Shown here piece after piece: positions 1 to 14,143 of a stretch of DNA of 64,000 nt. Each line of letters starts with the position of its first letter. Within the stretch, counting starts at the first letter, position 1. The stretch comes from Auanema rhodensis. Lineage: Eukaryota; Animalia; Nematoda. The translations under genes were made by a program, and so were the position numbers. The DNA lies in contig OZ059898.1 in the NCBI GenBank assembly GCA_964057225.1, positions 8,804,001-8,868,000 of the forward strand. The letters run 5' to 3'. Under the pieces are notes generated by a model. It saw only the letters and a list, made by a program, of their open reading frames with translations, had not been told where the DNA came from and ran no database searches.

Positions 1-1617
1 AGCTACACTGATAAACGCAAAAAGTCTTTTTTCAGTTGAATTTCAAGCGCTTCTTCAACATAATTTATAGGTATTTAGGTATATGTATACGTTATGTCTT
101 GGAGATATTAGGTCAAAAAAGAAATTCCTGTGAGCATTCAGAAGCATCTGTACAGCGGAAGCTTTTATCTACATGGTTAAAAAGACTTAAAGGACAGAAT
201 ACTTCATGTTGTAGCTAGAGCAATGAGCTGGAAGATCGTTGAAGAACAAAAAAAAAGAAAAGAAATTCCAGTTGAGCTTCTATAAAAAATGAAAACAGAG
301 AACAGAATGCTTTAAAAGGGTATTAAACTTTGTAAAGAACAATAAATGACCAATTAATATGATATTCATATGTATATGCATGTATTGAAAATATTGTTTT
401 AAACTTTGTTTCTATTTCAAAAAATAAAAGAAATTTTGAAATAAAAAGAAAAGAGTTTCATATTTAGTAAATTTAACATATATAAATAATAATAATAAAA
501 GATATAATTTAAATATATAATATATATGAATATAATATTAAAAATTGAAAAATAAAAAATATATACTATATACTATATAGAAGAATATATGCCATTTGTA
601 TTTTTTTGTTGAAAAATCAGCTTTCTGAACAATTTTTATACGACATTATTAAATTGAGTTACGTTGCTAAAGTGAAGAACTTCTATACTTTGTTGCCGTT
701 CCATGATAATATAGAATATATAATTCTAAATAAAACAAAATTTTATGAAAAAAAAAATAAGACAATAACAGAATTTTACAATCAAATTCAGTACTTTGAG
801 AATAAAGTTTGAAGACAATATAGTTTTAAAAAAATGAACATATGAACGAAATTCTTATGATGATTTATTGAAATTTGTTCCAAATTACTAATAAATATAA
901 TAAATTGTTATTTTATAATATATAATTTATATAATATTGATTCTATTAATAGTTCTGAAATTCTAAGTTTGAGTCTCATCCATTAGTTGTCAATGTTTAT
1001 AATTCAAAACTTTATTTCTATATGTTCATAAAACTTTGTTTTAAAAAGAAATTCATGTTTATTAAACCATTTACATAATTGAATTTGTATACTTTAAAAT
1101 AAGTAAAATATGGTTTTTTCTAAATTATTTACTTATAACATATAGTTAACTTGTTAATGCTCGTTTCAGTTTCAATTATAATACAACTAACACAAGTAAA
1201 AACTTTTTTTTTGGAGTTTGATGGGGTTTTCTTGGACCTCAAAGATGCAAATGTCCGATTTTCATTACACAGGACTGTATATTTCAATTAAATATATTAT
1301 AATAATATTATTATATAGTTAATTTATAAATTAATAAATAATAATCTATACAATATAATATTGTATATGTATATATATAACTATACAGATAGATATGTAC
1401 ATCTTTTAAATTTCATTGTTTACATGTTGAAAAGTTGAATGAACTTAAACTAAGTTTAAACTTTTATCATTATTATTTTATATAATAATAGAAAGATAAC
1501 AACAAAAAATAAGTTTTTATACAAACTTTTTCTTTTATTTTTTTTTTGAAAAAAAAAGAAAAAAACGGAATGTTTCACACATAAAGCATTTTAAATTAAT
1601 AAATTTGATGAATTATC

Positions 1618-2182
1618 TCAAAAAGATTCATGATCTGAGTTATAATATCGGCGATGTAGTATAATATCATCATCATCAAGCATTAACTGTAGTGATTCCC
1701 TGAGAACAAGTATAACATCTCCAACAATGTCAAGAAACATGATCATCTTTAACTAAATGAATAAAATAATATAATATAGTTAATATATAGTTAATAGTTT
1801 ATAATATAGTAAAAGATATTAAGATATAAACCTTACCGTTTGTATTCGAATAAATCTTCTGACGATTGAATCAATAGTCCGTCGCACACAGGATATTCTG
1901 TGGTCAGTGTTCGACCAGATGAAAGAAAGTTGGAAAAGAATCCGATGAATTCATGACATTGGGTGAATTAAGGAATACGATGTGACGTATAACCACGAAA
2001 AATAGTATGGAATTTGAAGAGAAATAAGAGAAACAGCGAAAGGTAGAGAATGGTAGAGAATGGTATGCAATATGTCTTCTGTGTAAGAAACTTTCATATA
2101 TAGGGAATGCTGTTGACTGTTCCATCATTCTCGTATAACATTTTAATAAGCTATGATCAAGTTGAAACACTTTTCGTGACAT
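1618..2182 (-). CDS. possible small spliced gene of unknown function (structure uncertain)
   Basis: Strong donor ACG|GTAAG at 1837/1836, an AT-rich intron, and a TTTAG acceptor at 1753. The phase-0 join gives ...RFIRIQT|LKMIMFLDIVGDVILVLRESLQLMLDDDDIILHRRYYNSDHESF*. The 5' exon and start codon are ambiguous and no family is recognised. Confidence 0.25.
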
Positions 2183-5100
2183 CTTTAAATGTTGCTTAAA
2201 ACTTTATAAAACTTGAAATGTTTCGCTGAATACAACATAATGACTACAGAAACAGATCAGATGACTAATGTTCAAAGAATACTAAAACAGTTCTTATAAT
2301 AACAAAAAATAAAATTCAAATTACTTGATTCATATATATAATTGTATATTTTAACTTTTATTTTTATATCAAAATATATTTTTCAGGTAGAATAGAGATG
2401 AAATGGTTAATTACCTTTTATTGTTAATGGCTCATTTAATCGTTTAACCATTATATTATATATATTGAGATATAAATATAACAATAAAGATATTTGAGAG
2501 AATAAGTTAGATATACATATATAAAGAGAAAAGAGAGGTAGGAAAAGATGGTATACAATTGGGTTAAACATGCAAAAGTGAGATAGAATAGACTAATCCG
2601 TAATGTGCATTGAATTGACTTTAAATCTATTTCAAACCATCTAAGCCTTCCTTCCTTCCTTTGGCTTATTCTTTTCTTTTCATCATATGCTAATGTTTAA
2701 AGATGAAAGGATATAAGTAGAAAGATTTCAAAAGTATTAAGATCTTTTCATCTTTCTCTTTCTCTATCTCTCTATCTATCTATCTCTATCTCTCTCTCCA
2801 TTCTTTATCTTTTTCTACCGACATACATACATAAGTCTCTCAGAAATTCTTTCTTAATATAATTGAAAATAAACATAAATTGAGAATATATAGATGAATA
2901 CATCTTCATACATATAGTTTGAAGATTTTATCATTTTCTTTTCAAATACTAAATTATAAATAGTATATTCATCTAATTTGTTTTCAACACTAATGTATCC
3001 ATAATGGTTCTTAAGACCCAATTCTTAAGCTTTGAGTAATTTATGCCTTCAGGGTACTTTACCAGCTGAGAATGTCCTTATGAGACTGAAATCCTAATTA
3101 TCTTCTCAGAATCGTCAATTTCTCTTACTTCATCACTCAGTTCATCGGTTCAGATAGAGGGCCGTATGCTTGAGTGCTTTCTGGAAAATAAAGCTTGAAG
3201 TACACAAAGAATATTTTCTTTTTATACATATATACATATATAGATAACCTATGTTTTATATATTTATTTATAATGAAAATATATTTATTTAACAATATGT
3301 AAATTATTTTTGAAATAATTTTGTATTTTATATTTTACTAATTATTTTATTCCTCTTACTTTATGTATATTTATCAATTTTTCTAAATTGCGCATGCTAT
3401 ATGATAAAAGAAATTTCAATTTCAAAAGTAATTTGGAAAACGTTCAACCTTTTCTCCTTTTTTTGTAGCAATTCAAAGTTCTAAACAGATACAATCGTAT
3501 AATTAAGCTCAATTTTCATTGATTAAAACGCAATATTCTCTAAAGTAATCCCATTTTTAGCCCTAAGATATACATGAATGTACATACAATAAATATATAT
3601 TTAAATATACATTTATATATATTCTACTATATACATATATTATACTTTTATTATATGATATGGTTAATAAAATTCTTTGGCAGCTCAAGCATTAGCAATA
3701 CCATCTGCTACCCATAGAGTATGCGTATGTACTTATTTCTCCTTTTACATACAGCTCAACCTCTCACTCACCACTTCCCTCATTCTCTTATTATTTCCCT
3801 CTCTTTCTCTCTTCTCTCTCTTTTTCTCCCTCTATCTCTCTCTACTTATATCAATCCGTCAAATACAATTCATATTATCAACAAGCTTCATAAAGCTTAA
3901 TGAAAACGAATTTTGACACGATTAGTCAAACGACATCAACTAGGCTATGCTTAAAAGTTTATGACACAATGATGAGCCATTGGATAAATTCACTGCTGGA
4001 GGTCCTGCTGTCATTCTTCTTCATCTAGATGTCAACTGTTTAGGATCAGCCCACCCATCTAGTCAGCTAGCCACCGATTCATCAAGCTATTTTCATTTAT
4101 ATTTTGAATAATTTAATGAATGATGTATCGAATTGAGCCTTATGCATCACTTTCGATCATGGTTATCCTAACGTATATGGCTATCTTCAATTAAATTATT
4201 TAACCATTTGAAAATTCAATAACCGTTCATTCAAATTATATATATATATATTCTTTCATTTTAAATATAATTTCAAATAATTTATTATTGTTTTATTCTT
4301 TTCTCAGAAAATATTATTAAAATTATTTATATTATATAGAATATAATATAATTATTCATTTCAATATAAACATAAATACATATGTATGTACATATTTATG
4401 TATCTTCTTCTATTTCATTGTCATATAACTATCAAGCAACAATGCTAATTTTCTAATATTTGAATCCCAAGTTGGCTCTTTTGAAGATTGTACATCATTT
4501 GTGTCAAGTGTTTATAACTTCTAATGCCCTCAAACCATTTGTAATTCTTTATCCTCATGGGAATCATTAAAATCAACTCTGTTAGTCCTGAAAGCTCATC
4601 AAGACTAAACATGTTCTCACTATTTATTTTATTTGAAAATAAAATAAATAATTTCTTTTTTTTTTGTTTTAAAAATATTCTTGATTTGTACTTGCCACGT
4701 TACTTTATAACAACTGAATACATTTTGAGAGAAAAAAAAGAAATATCTATATATAGAAGTTATATTCTCTTCGAAATTGTCTGTAGCTTTTCGTATCAGT
4801 TTGTAATGTAATTCAATCGCCCCCGTCTTGCCTTGTAAGGCAATTGAGCAGCTGTTGTTTCCAGCTTAACCAACTGACCTATTAAAACGTTTAATCGCCA
4901 AGCTCAATATTTTTTTCTATTGTTTATAATTTTTTCATTATTATTTATAAGAAAAGAACTAAATTAGCTCTCAAATTGATATAATTATAATATTCTTTTT
5001 CAATATACAATACAAGAGAGATTATAATTTGAATTACTAGATTGAAGAAACAGACAACAACTTGATAGCAACTAAAGTGGTGTTTTCCGTCTTGCTTACT

Positions 5101-6523
5101 AAATATGTAATTATTCTTTTTGAATCTCGCTTACTATAGAAAAGATTTTCCAACTATTTTTTAAATCTTGAAAGTTTGTGTCAAACATCTGTAACCAATT
5201 CATTTTTTTTCAATATTTTAGCTGTTATCTGATCATTTTATTATATGTATGCATATGTTGTATTATATTTTATAGTATAAGGTTTGAAAGATTGAATGGT
5301 TACTCAAATTTAACAGATAAAATCCATTAAAATGAAAAAAAAGTTTTGAATAGACCATAAGCTTTGCCCATAATGTGCATCAGATATCGTTCTTTGTTCA
5401 TATATTCATTCTACGGTTACAAAGAATATTACGAATCTGTTGTCGGTCTGTTCGACAAACCAAGCAGGGATGGAAAGCTTCAAGCTTCTTCTCCTCTCCC
5501 TCTATCTCTGCTCATCTTCTTTCCACATCTCTTCCTTCTATCTTTACCCCTTCTCTGTTCTTCCTTCTTCTCTCCTATCCCGTCCTCTCTCGAGATGCCT
5601 CTATCTCTAAATTTCACTTTTTCTTCCCAAAGTCAGCTCTTCCAATTCAATTTGGTGCCGGAATTTTTTGACGACGGCGACTAAGGCGAAGACGAACTTC
5701 AATGAGCACGACAACCACTCTGACACATTTGGCTTCTCATCAGAAGGCGCATAGCTTTTCCTCTTCTGATGTTACACCCTAGAGAGGCAACTAAGCACTT
5801 GTTTTCTTTATATGCTTGTTTATGTACTCAAAATGAGAAATGTTATTTTTTTTGGTTGATACGCTTACTATTTTCTCACTTTTTCATAATTTTAATAAAT
5901 TCTATGAAATATTTAATCGATTAAACTCAATAACTTGAAGATTTACTTGTTCTTTCACTTTTTTGTTTACTACATAAATAAGCTTTTTGTTGTTCACACT
6001 AACTAGCAAAATGCTTTTGAACTATTTGGCTTTTTCTAAACAAGAAAAGCTTTATTCACATCCTTCAAAGGAATTTTTCAATTTTTATACAATAAAAGTC
6101 TTTATACTATGTGAATGAAACATACATAACTTGTCATTCTAGTTGATAGTTTTAAATTTTTCTTTTGAAGTTTACGTAAGAAAGTCTCGAAACATGATTC
6201 CTTCTTCCTTTACATCATATATACGGTTCCAATGACAAGGTTGTCTCTGTTCTAAGAAATCAGTACATTTTTTCTCATGTTTACAACATGTTTCTTAACT
6301 TTTACCAAAATATAGCATTTTGAATAATTATTTCAAAAATATTTAAATTTGAAAATAAATTATAAATTTTAATTAATCTAATATCCTGAAGTTTTATAAG
6401 AGATGCTATCATTATAACATTTGAAATATGTATATCGTATTACATTCAGTTCATTCAATTTCAACTTCGTTCAAACTTATTTCCAACTCATTTCCTTCTT
6501 CTTAAATTTTTTTTAAGGGAACA

Positions 6524-6973
6524 ATGCGTCTGCTCTTCTTAACATTTATTTTACTCTCAGCTTTATGCTATTTCATAGAAGCAGATGATAGTTATGAGAA
6601 TGAAACTGAAAGTAAATAATATATTTTTATAATTAAATTTATAAAATTTATTATTATTTAGATGTTCCACCTAAAGTTGCTTGGGTACCTATTATACAAC
6701 GAAATATGACAGCTACAGTTGGTAAAGCTTTGGAAGGAGATGATGAAAGATTAGCTAGAATAGGCAAAATGCTCGAGGTTAATATTTATATTCATAATTT
6801 TAAATATTTATATATTATAGAAATCGTATGATAAAATTAATCATGATGTTGCTGAGGGTCAAACACTTATACAGGAATTAGAATTAAAATCATTAGTGAA
6901 TATATCGCCATTTCAGCTTACAACAACATCAACAACAACAATTATTTCTATAATATTGATAAAATTTTTGTGA
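6524..6973 (+). CDS. small (~118 aa) secreted, probably GPI-anchored protein of unknown function
   Basis: Three exons (6524-6611, 6662-6777, 6821-6973) with GT-AG introns in consistent phase. Signal peptide MRLLFLTFILLSALCYFIEA, N-glycosylation sequons (NET, NMT, NIS), Thr-rich spacer and hydrophobic C-terminus TTTSTTTIISIILIKFL*. TTTTAAG trans-splice-like acceptor just before the ATG. Confidence 0.8.
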
Positions 6974-8395
6974 GAAAAACATTTATTTTTCTTTCTTTTT
7001 TTTTTTTTGAATAATCATTTAATTTTCAAAAGAAATCAAATACCTAAAAAAGCTATAACTAACTATAAATAGAGCTTTGAATATATTTGTGATTTGTATA
7101 TACATATATATCTATTTTTCAATAATTTAATCGTATATCTTCAATCGTACACATTTTTTTCTTCTCACCTGATCTCAGGAATTAAAATATTTTTTTGTTG
7201 TTTTTCTTATTCTCAAATAATATAGAAATATAATATAAATTAAGAAAACTATTTAATGATATTATAATTATATAAATACAAAAAAGAGATCAATTACAAC
7301 AAGAAATATACCCGTTAAACAAAAAAAAACATTATTATTATACATACATATAATTACAATTTGTAATTTCGATGACAATATGTCCAGATTAGTTAATTGC
7401 AATTTGATTTTATCAAATTATTAATAATTTTGATTGTTGATTGTTAATCAACAACAAAATCTTTAATTTCCTCTTAAATATTTTAATAAAAATATTATAG
7501 TTTAGCCGTAAAACTTTGAACTTAGAGATTCACAGGTTGTTGTTTCCTTCTACAAAGGACATTCGGCTGTTTGATCGTCAGGAGGGAAAGACGGGATTTG
7601 TGGCTTGGCTAAAATATGATGATCAGCCTGATAGCTTAACTATATACATATGATTTAAATCTTTTGTATAATAAGCAAACCATGCGTTTTACATGCCGAT
7701 CAATCAAACCTATTTGCAACATATACAAAACAAAACAAAAAAAAATCCAATAAATCTGCTTAGCGAACAAAAATTAAAATTCTCTCAATTATATAAACTA
7801 GGAACGTCAATCTTCTCAGTCATTGCGTTTGTCAAATCATGTATATTCTACTCAAGACCGTAGACAGCTAGCTTTGAATGTTTTTCTTTTGAAACAAAAA
7901 TCGAAAAAGAGCCAAATCAAGCAATAAATTAAAATCTACGGAATATGATAGAACAAAAAAAGTTGGAATCATCAAGTTGTAAGCTAATATAGCTCAAAGA
8001 AGTTCTATTTTCAAAACTCACGCTGTAACTGAAACATCGGCGTCCACTAAACATATACATAGTTAAAGCATACATAGATAATATGATACGATTATTGTTT
8101 CAATAATAATAATAAATAACAAATATTTCCTGTTTCAAAAACCGTAATTATGTTTTTCGTTTAAAAATTAAAATTATTGAGATTTCAATTTGATTTTTAA
8201 AATTAATTATTGACGGTTTAAGAAGATTTCGTTTTGACGATGACTAAATTCAAATGGACAGATAGCATACAGACTAATTATAGAAGAAACTAATGCACTT
8301 GACTTCTGACTGTACCCACAATGCTTATTAGTTCCTGACTAACAAGAACTAACTATCTTAATAAATACACAAAAAGAATAATTTGGAACTAAATT

Positions 8396-11300
8396 CTAAA
8401 CAAAGATTTCAATATCCACCTGATCGTGTACCATAGCCTCAAATGTCATACGAGTTTCATGTATTTGAAGAGATGCTGAGCTGTTAGACATACCAGAACT
8501 TCTTAAATTAAAATTATTATAGTTAAATAAATAATTATATATTATATGAAACAACCGTCTTTTATCAGTACTGCTTTGTGATGGTAATGTAATTCCTCCA
8601 ATAATTTCAGATGAGGAACGTCGTATGCAATCATCAGATGATCGTCTAACATATTAATATAATTATTTTAATTTAACTATTATAATCAATATTATACCTA
8701 AATGTAGTATTTCCTCCAGCTGATATTGATATTCTGTTTGGAGATATCTCATCAATAATGATTTCTGGCTTCGGAACTGATTGTTTTCGATTAGCTAATG
8801 GCCTAAAAAATATTTGAATCAATACAAGCTTTTATAAAATTTATTAAATAGGAAATATCTATTCTATTGTATTATTATAAGATTTCAAGCATATAACTGA
8901 ACTAACTATTAATATATAAATTAAGAATTAAGAATACAAATATCATTCTACTTATCATACCTTTGATTATAATTTTCATCATCTGAACTATCCCAGCTAC
9001 AAGTTTTATTTTATTTTAATAATAATAATAACAATAATATTATATATATTTGAGAAAATTTTAATATTTCAATATGCAAAGGTTTAAAAACTTACAAAGC
9101 GGAAGATGCTCGTCGTAGGGGTCCTTTAACTATTTTATTCAAACCACAGCCACATTTTACGGGACCACTGCAAATATTTTGATTTACATTCAAGGAGCAA
9201 CGGTCACTAAACAGCTTAGAAGGTTAAACTTACCGACTGCTTTCTTTAGGAGGATTCATCCACGATTTTTCTTTCTTTCGTCTAGATTTTCTGAATCCAA
9301 GTAATCGTCGGAAGGAATGACGAAATTTCTAAGAAAGGTCACTTCAATTCAAGACAAAATATAAAAAATTTAAATTCTTACAGGATTTATAGTAGAATAA
9401 ATGAAGAAATTAAGTGAAGAATTAAGATAACCAAGTGCGGTAAACCAATGAAATAACTTTTCAAAATCGGATGACCATCCATTATAAATTAATTTATATA
9501 TTTTAAACATATTTAATGAAAAGAATGGCAACCAACAAACTAGAAATACAACTGAAAAAAAAAAATAAAATTTAAGAAAGAAAATAATTGTTTTGACGAA
9601 CCCATTACAGTTGCTACAAGCTTAGTAGCTCTAGTCTCCCTTCTGATAGCCATACCTTGTTTTGATTTCAATTTTGCCAATAAATCCAATGCCCAATCCT
9701 TTAAAAATATTATATTTATTATAATTTATTTAATTTATAAATTACTTTGAGACCAGCTAACTTTTTTCGAGCAATATAAACACTTTCTCTTCGAGCATAT
9801 GAATACATGTTTGATAATGATGTTCGTGATGGTCTTTCCCAATCAGATATCATTTCTGATAATCTACGCATTTTCCTCCGTTCAGCCTGAAAATTAAATC
9901 TTATAGTTTTAATAAGTATATAAGTAATGTAACTAAAATTTATAATTATTCGAAAAAGAAAATTTTTGTATCCAAAAGTTGAAATTTTAAAAAAATAAAA
10001 TTTATTCTTTTGAAATATCTTATTCGAATAATTTTGTTGCTACTCTTCCAAATATGTTGCCTGGATTTTTTTGATTTTTTCAATTTACTGAGATCTTAAT
10101 AATCCAAAAAAGATGTAACATCACGTACATTTAGTATTCCTACGTGAAATTTTGTAAAAGGCAACATATTTTGAAATTTAAATATATCGTGCTTTATCAT
10201 TGAATCGTAATAATTGAAAATATATAAGGTAAACATCAGACAACTTTCTTATTTGGTATGCTTACATGCATTTTCCATAAGGTAAAAATAATAATTTTTT
10301 AATAAAATTTGTATAATTTATAAAGTTATTTTGATTATAATTTTATAAATATACAATATATAATGTATATATGTATACTATATGTAATAATCATGCTATA
10401 TTTCTAATTACAATACATATAAATACAAAAAATGATTTAGTACAAACCGAAAAGCAGTCGTACGATTCTCCGTTCTTAAAATATTATTTTAATATTCTGT
10501 TTATTTTATGTATTTATAACAAATATATGTATATATAAGTTATAATTTCATTATTATTAAATCAAACATTGAAAAAATCAGATTTAACGATTATTTTCTC
10601 AGATTCGAACCAAAATTATTCCATGAACAAATGGAATATGAAGTATCAAGCTTACCCAGAGACAAGGGAAAAAGGGGTAGGGGAGAAGGAATGGGGTAAG
10701 ATATTGATGTTAGTAATTCATACAAACTAAATCAAATACTTATCATGCTTTTGTACTATATACATACGTATACATGTTCATGCAAATCGTTAAATCTTTC
10801 CGTATTTAAAAGATTTAATGGGTTTTGACCTTCTCAGTTACATGTCCTGAGCACCCATTATGCTCATCATGTACACATTTTCCCATTATAACTGCTGGAC
10901 TTGAAGGCAAAGATCGCGTACTTTTCTAAAATTTTATATTAATTTTTCTTTCACAACTAATGATCTGATTGAGAAGAAAAGGAAAAACAATAATTATAAA
11001 TGGATCTAAATTCATATTTTTCTTTTATCTCAATATTGAAAGTTTAAAAGAAGTTCTAATTTCATGAAGTATGCTTACTAAACCTATATACATACATTCT
11101 GAAATATCATATAGCATATCGTACATTACTACATATTCTAGTTCAAGTCTTATATTATGTTTCTAATTATAATCATTGAGATTACGCAATTGACTACCAT
11201 TCCCTAAGCCTAGTTTGGCCAATCTATCATGCGCCATCCACAATCGAAGAATTCTTTTCTTTTACTCTTGATGAAGCTTATATTCTCATTTTCTATTTAA

Positions 11301-14143
11301 ATCGTTGAAGAATAATATTTGTTGTCTGATTTGTTGTGTTTCATATTAACTATTATTAAAATAACTATTATAATAATATGAATTTTCAATCTATTATATA
11401 AACTTACCAATGGTGGTCGAAGACTATTTTGTGTTTTTTGTTCTTCTTCAGCCATACTAATTGGACTATGTGAATGACGTCTCTTTGATGGTCCAACAAA
11501 TGAAACTGTCTTACTCCGATTACATGATGATAATGATTGAACTGCATCCGAAAATCTTCGAGACATACTGAAATTCATCTATATAAGTGAAAAAGTTCTA
11601 AATCATTATAAACTTCTTGGAATAAGTTGGCTTCGGAATTTCAAGCTGAGGGCCACTGGTATCAATTTCACATCGAAGTGTTACTGCTTCCAAAAGTACA
11701 GAAGGCGGTCGACAACTTCATATTCAATATTAGATGAGGAAATTTTCTTTCGTATTACCTATCCATATCTTCTTCAATATTCATTGTACTGTTCTCCTGG
11801 CTTCCTGATGATGATGGATGAACTGCTTCCAGAATTGTTTGCAACTGAAGGTTCAAATTTGAAATTATTTTTATTTTTTCTATATTTCATGCTTATTCAC
11901 CTGTTCTCTTTCACTATCATTCAAAGAACTAGCATGTTCAGCTGCTGTTTCTTCAATTTTCTTCAACAAAGGTTTTTCCCAGGAAATCATATTTCTGTTC
12001 TTTGGAGCAATGCCTAAAGGAAATTTGAAACAATTTGAGATCAAACATTTCTCACCAATGACAGATTGAATAGCTGAGGTAGTGATATTACCAACATCAG
12101 CGCCAAACCCAAGAAACTGTCCACCAGCCATCTCCTTAAAGCAAAAAATATAATTTTAAATGAAAAATTAGATTTTCTAAAAACCTGTAGTTGAATTGCT
12201 CTAAGTCTTTTTCGTAAAGTATAGAATATATAGCCATAAGTGAATAACATAGTAACACAAGGTAAATAGAAAGCAAATATACTGCTTGATAACATATATA
12301 TTGGACTATAAATTCCACAATGATGCTCAGTATAAAGAAAATGTTTTGTTCTTGTATTCAAACCAGTTCCTAAAACTATATGAAAGGTTAAGTAAGCTCA
12401 GAATGAATTTTGTAAATGTATTTCTAATTTTCAAAAAATTCGATCAGGATGAGATTCGAACTCACGCGGGGAAACCCCAATGGATTAGCAGTCCATCGCC
12501 TTAACCACTCGGCCACCTGATCACGTTTATGGTAGTAATCGAAACTTTTTAAATGGTTTATAAACGATTTGCAATTTTTGTTCTCTGTGCTCGAATTGAT
12601 AATTCAGTTTTCTTAGGAAGTTTATCAAGAAAAGGGAATTTGGTCCTACCTAGTGGTAAAGAAAGACCAACACTGAAAACCCATGTAATTGCTATCGCTA
12701 CATATACACGCTTCTTGTGTTTCATGGTCTTGTATTCAGCAGGTTTGGTGGCAGCTACTAATCTGAAATTATAAGTTCCCTTTTCATCTATATATGTATA
12801 TATGTATGTATATAAATTCCCTTAATATGATGAATTCGTAACATAAGATAAAAAGGAAATGATTGAAATACATCGATGAAAGTTGTGAGAGAAACACTCG
12901 GTAAGATTATTTGTAATATTTTCCAACAATCTGAGTGAATGTTCACATGAAAATGCAGAAATTCTTCAGTTTCAGTTTCTTTATAGTTCAACTGAAAGAT
13001 TACATTTGAACATATTACTTCAGATATAAATATATATATATATATATATATTTCTAGATTATTTCAGTTTCACGTTTGTTCTTCTTTTCTATAATGGATC
13101 ATGTCCCCTTGAATTGCTCCTTTTTGAATTTCTAAGCTTTATGCTCTTTATGCTGAATGAAGAAAGTTTATAAAAGTTGGAGAATGAAGAAGGAGAGATA
13201 ACATGAGTGAAATATTGAAGGAGTTTCAAGAGAAACGAGAGAAAGAAAGAATTAGGAATAGAAGAAACAACTTTGAAAGGGGGGTGAGACCTAGAGGATA
13301 TATTTGAGTATAAGAAGATATGGGAATGGTCGGAGATTCATATCTTATTAGGTTCATAAGAGATTCGGCACTTGGCACTCTGAGCTTTCCCGTTTTCTCT
13401 CCCACCCCCTCTCACCCTTTGGCACTCCCTCAGCAATAAGGTTTAGCCTTACTAATGAGGTAAATCTCTGCATTTTCTCATTCAATCTTTGATATTTCAC
13501 TAACATATGTATGTTTTAAATGAAATTCATATACTCAAATAAGGAATTTCAAAACAATAAAAATGAATACCATACCTGTCAATACTGATTAAAACCAAAT
13601 GAATGATAGATGATGTACTAGCTGCTACATCAAGAACACAATAAAAATAACAAACAGAGAGAGGTAAGTGCCAATGTAACCTGTTGATCTACGAAAATAT
13701 TATTAGTATATTGAAATAGTTGAGAAAATATTACAGAAAGATATATACTGAATGGCATTACAAAAGCTCCAACAATAAGATCAGCCATAGCTAATGAAAC
13801 CTAAAAACATAACAATAATTGAAAATATAATATATATAATGATAAAAAATATTATTAAATGAAAGATCTTACTAATAAGTGATTGGTTGGGGTTTGTAAA
13901 CTTCGAGTCGTGAATACTGCTCCGACAACCATGCAGTTTCCTGCTATACATACAAGAGGAACTATTGAAAGTGTTAAATACCTGTAATAAAAATATAAGA
14001 ATTATTAAATATCAAATAGAATATTTTAATTTATTCTAGAAGACTGACCACCATTCTGGCTGGAGGATACGATCTTCTGCTTCTACAGCAGCTACTTGAT
14101 TTGCGATATTCGAATTCAGTTCATAATCAGAAGTGTTCCACAT
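8396..14143 (-). CDS. class A biogenic-amine GPCR, D2-like dopamine receptor family (dop-5/dop-6-like)
   Basis: About 20 exons joined in frame. TM1 SIVPLVCIAGNCMVVGAV; ICL1 RSLQTPTNHLL; TM2 VSLAMADLIVGAFVMPF; TM3 CYFYCVLDVAASTSSIIHLVLISIDRL (amine-binding Asp); TM4 W..SVGLSLP; TM5 YMLSSSIFAFYLP; long ICL3; RRETRATKLV; TM6 FLVCWLPFF; TM7 WFTALGYLNSSLNFFIY; C-terminus ...DIEIFV*. Some ICL3 exon boundaries are uncertain. A possible extra upstream coding exon lies at 14717-14845. Confidence 0.9.
12441..12522 (-). tRNA. tRNA-Ser(GCT): tRNA-Ser (anticodon GCT)
   Basis: GATCAGGTGGCCGAGTGGTTAAGGCGATGGACTGCTAATCCATTGGGGTTTCCCCGCGTGAGTTCGAATCTCATCCTGATCG: 82 nt cloverleaf with a long variable arm, A and B boxes, G discriminator, and a T6 Pol III terminator immediately downstream. 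Lies in an intron of the amine GPCR. Confidence 0.97.

Noticed and set aside
36-218. Possible terminal exons of a gene entering from the left edge
   Set aside because: Acceptor-like sites exist, but no consistent frame or recognisable protein could be built.
3060-4090. GC-richer islands with possible exons or a C/D-box-like TGATGA...CTGA
   Set aside because: All frames close quickly, the box spacing is too short and there is no terminal stem. More likely regulatory DNA.
11195-11292. Possible additional ICL3 exon of the amine GPCR
   Set aside because: Stop codon in the required phase; the exons at 11408-11578 and 10830-10925 join without it.
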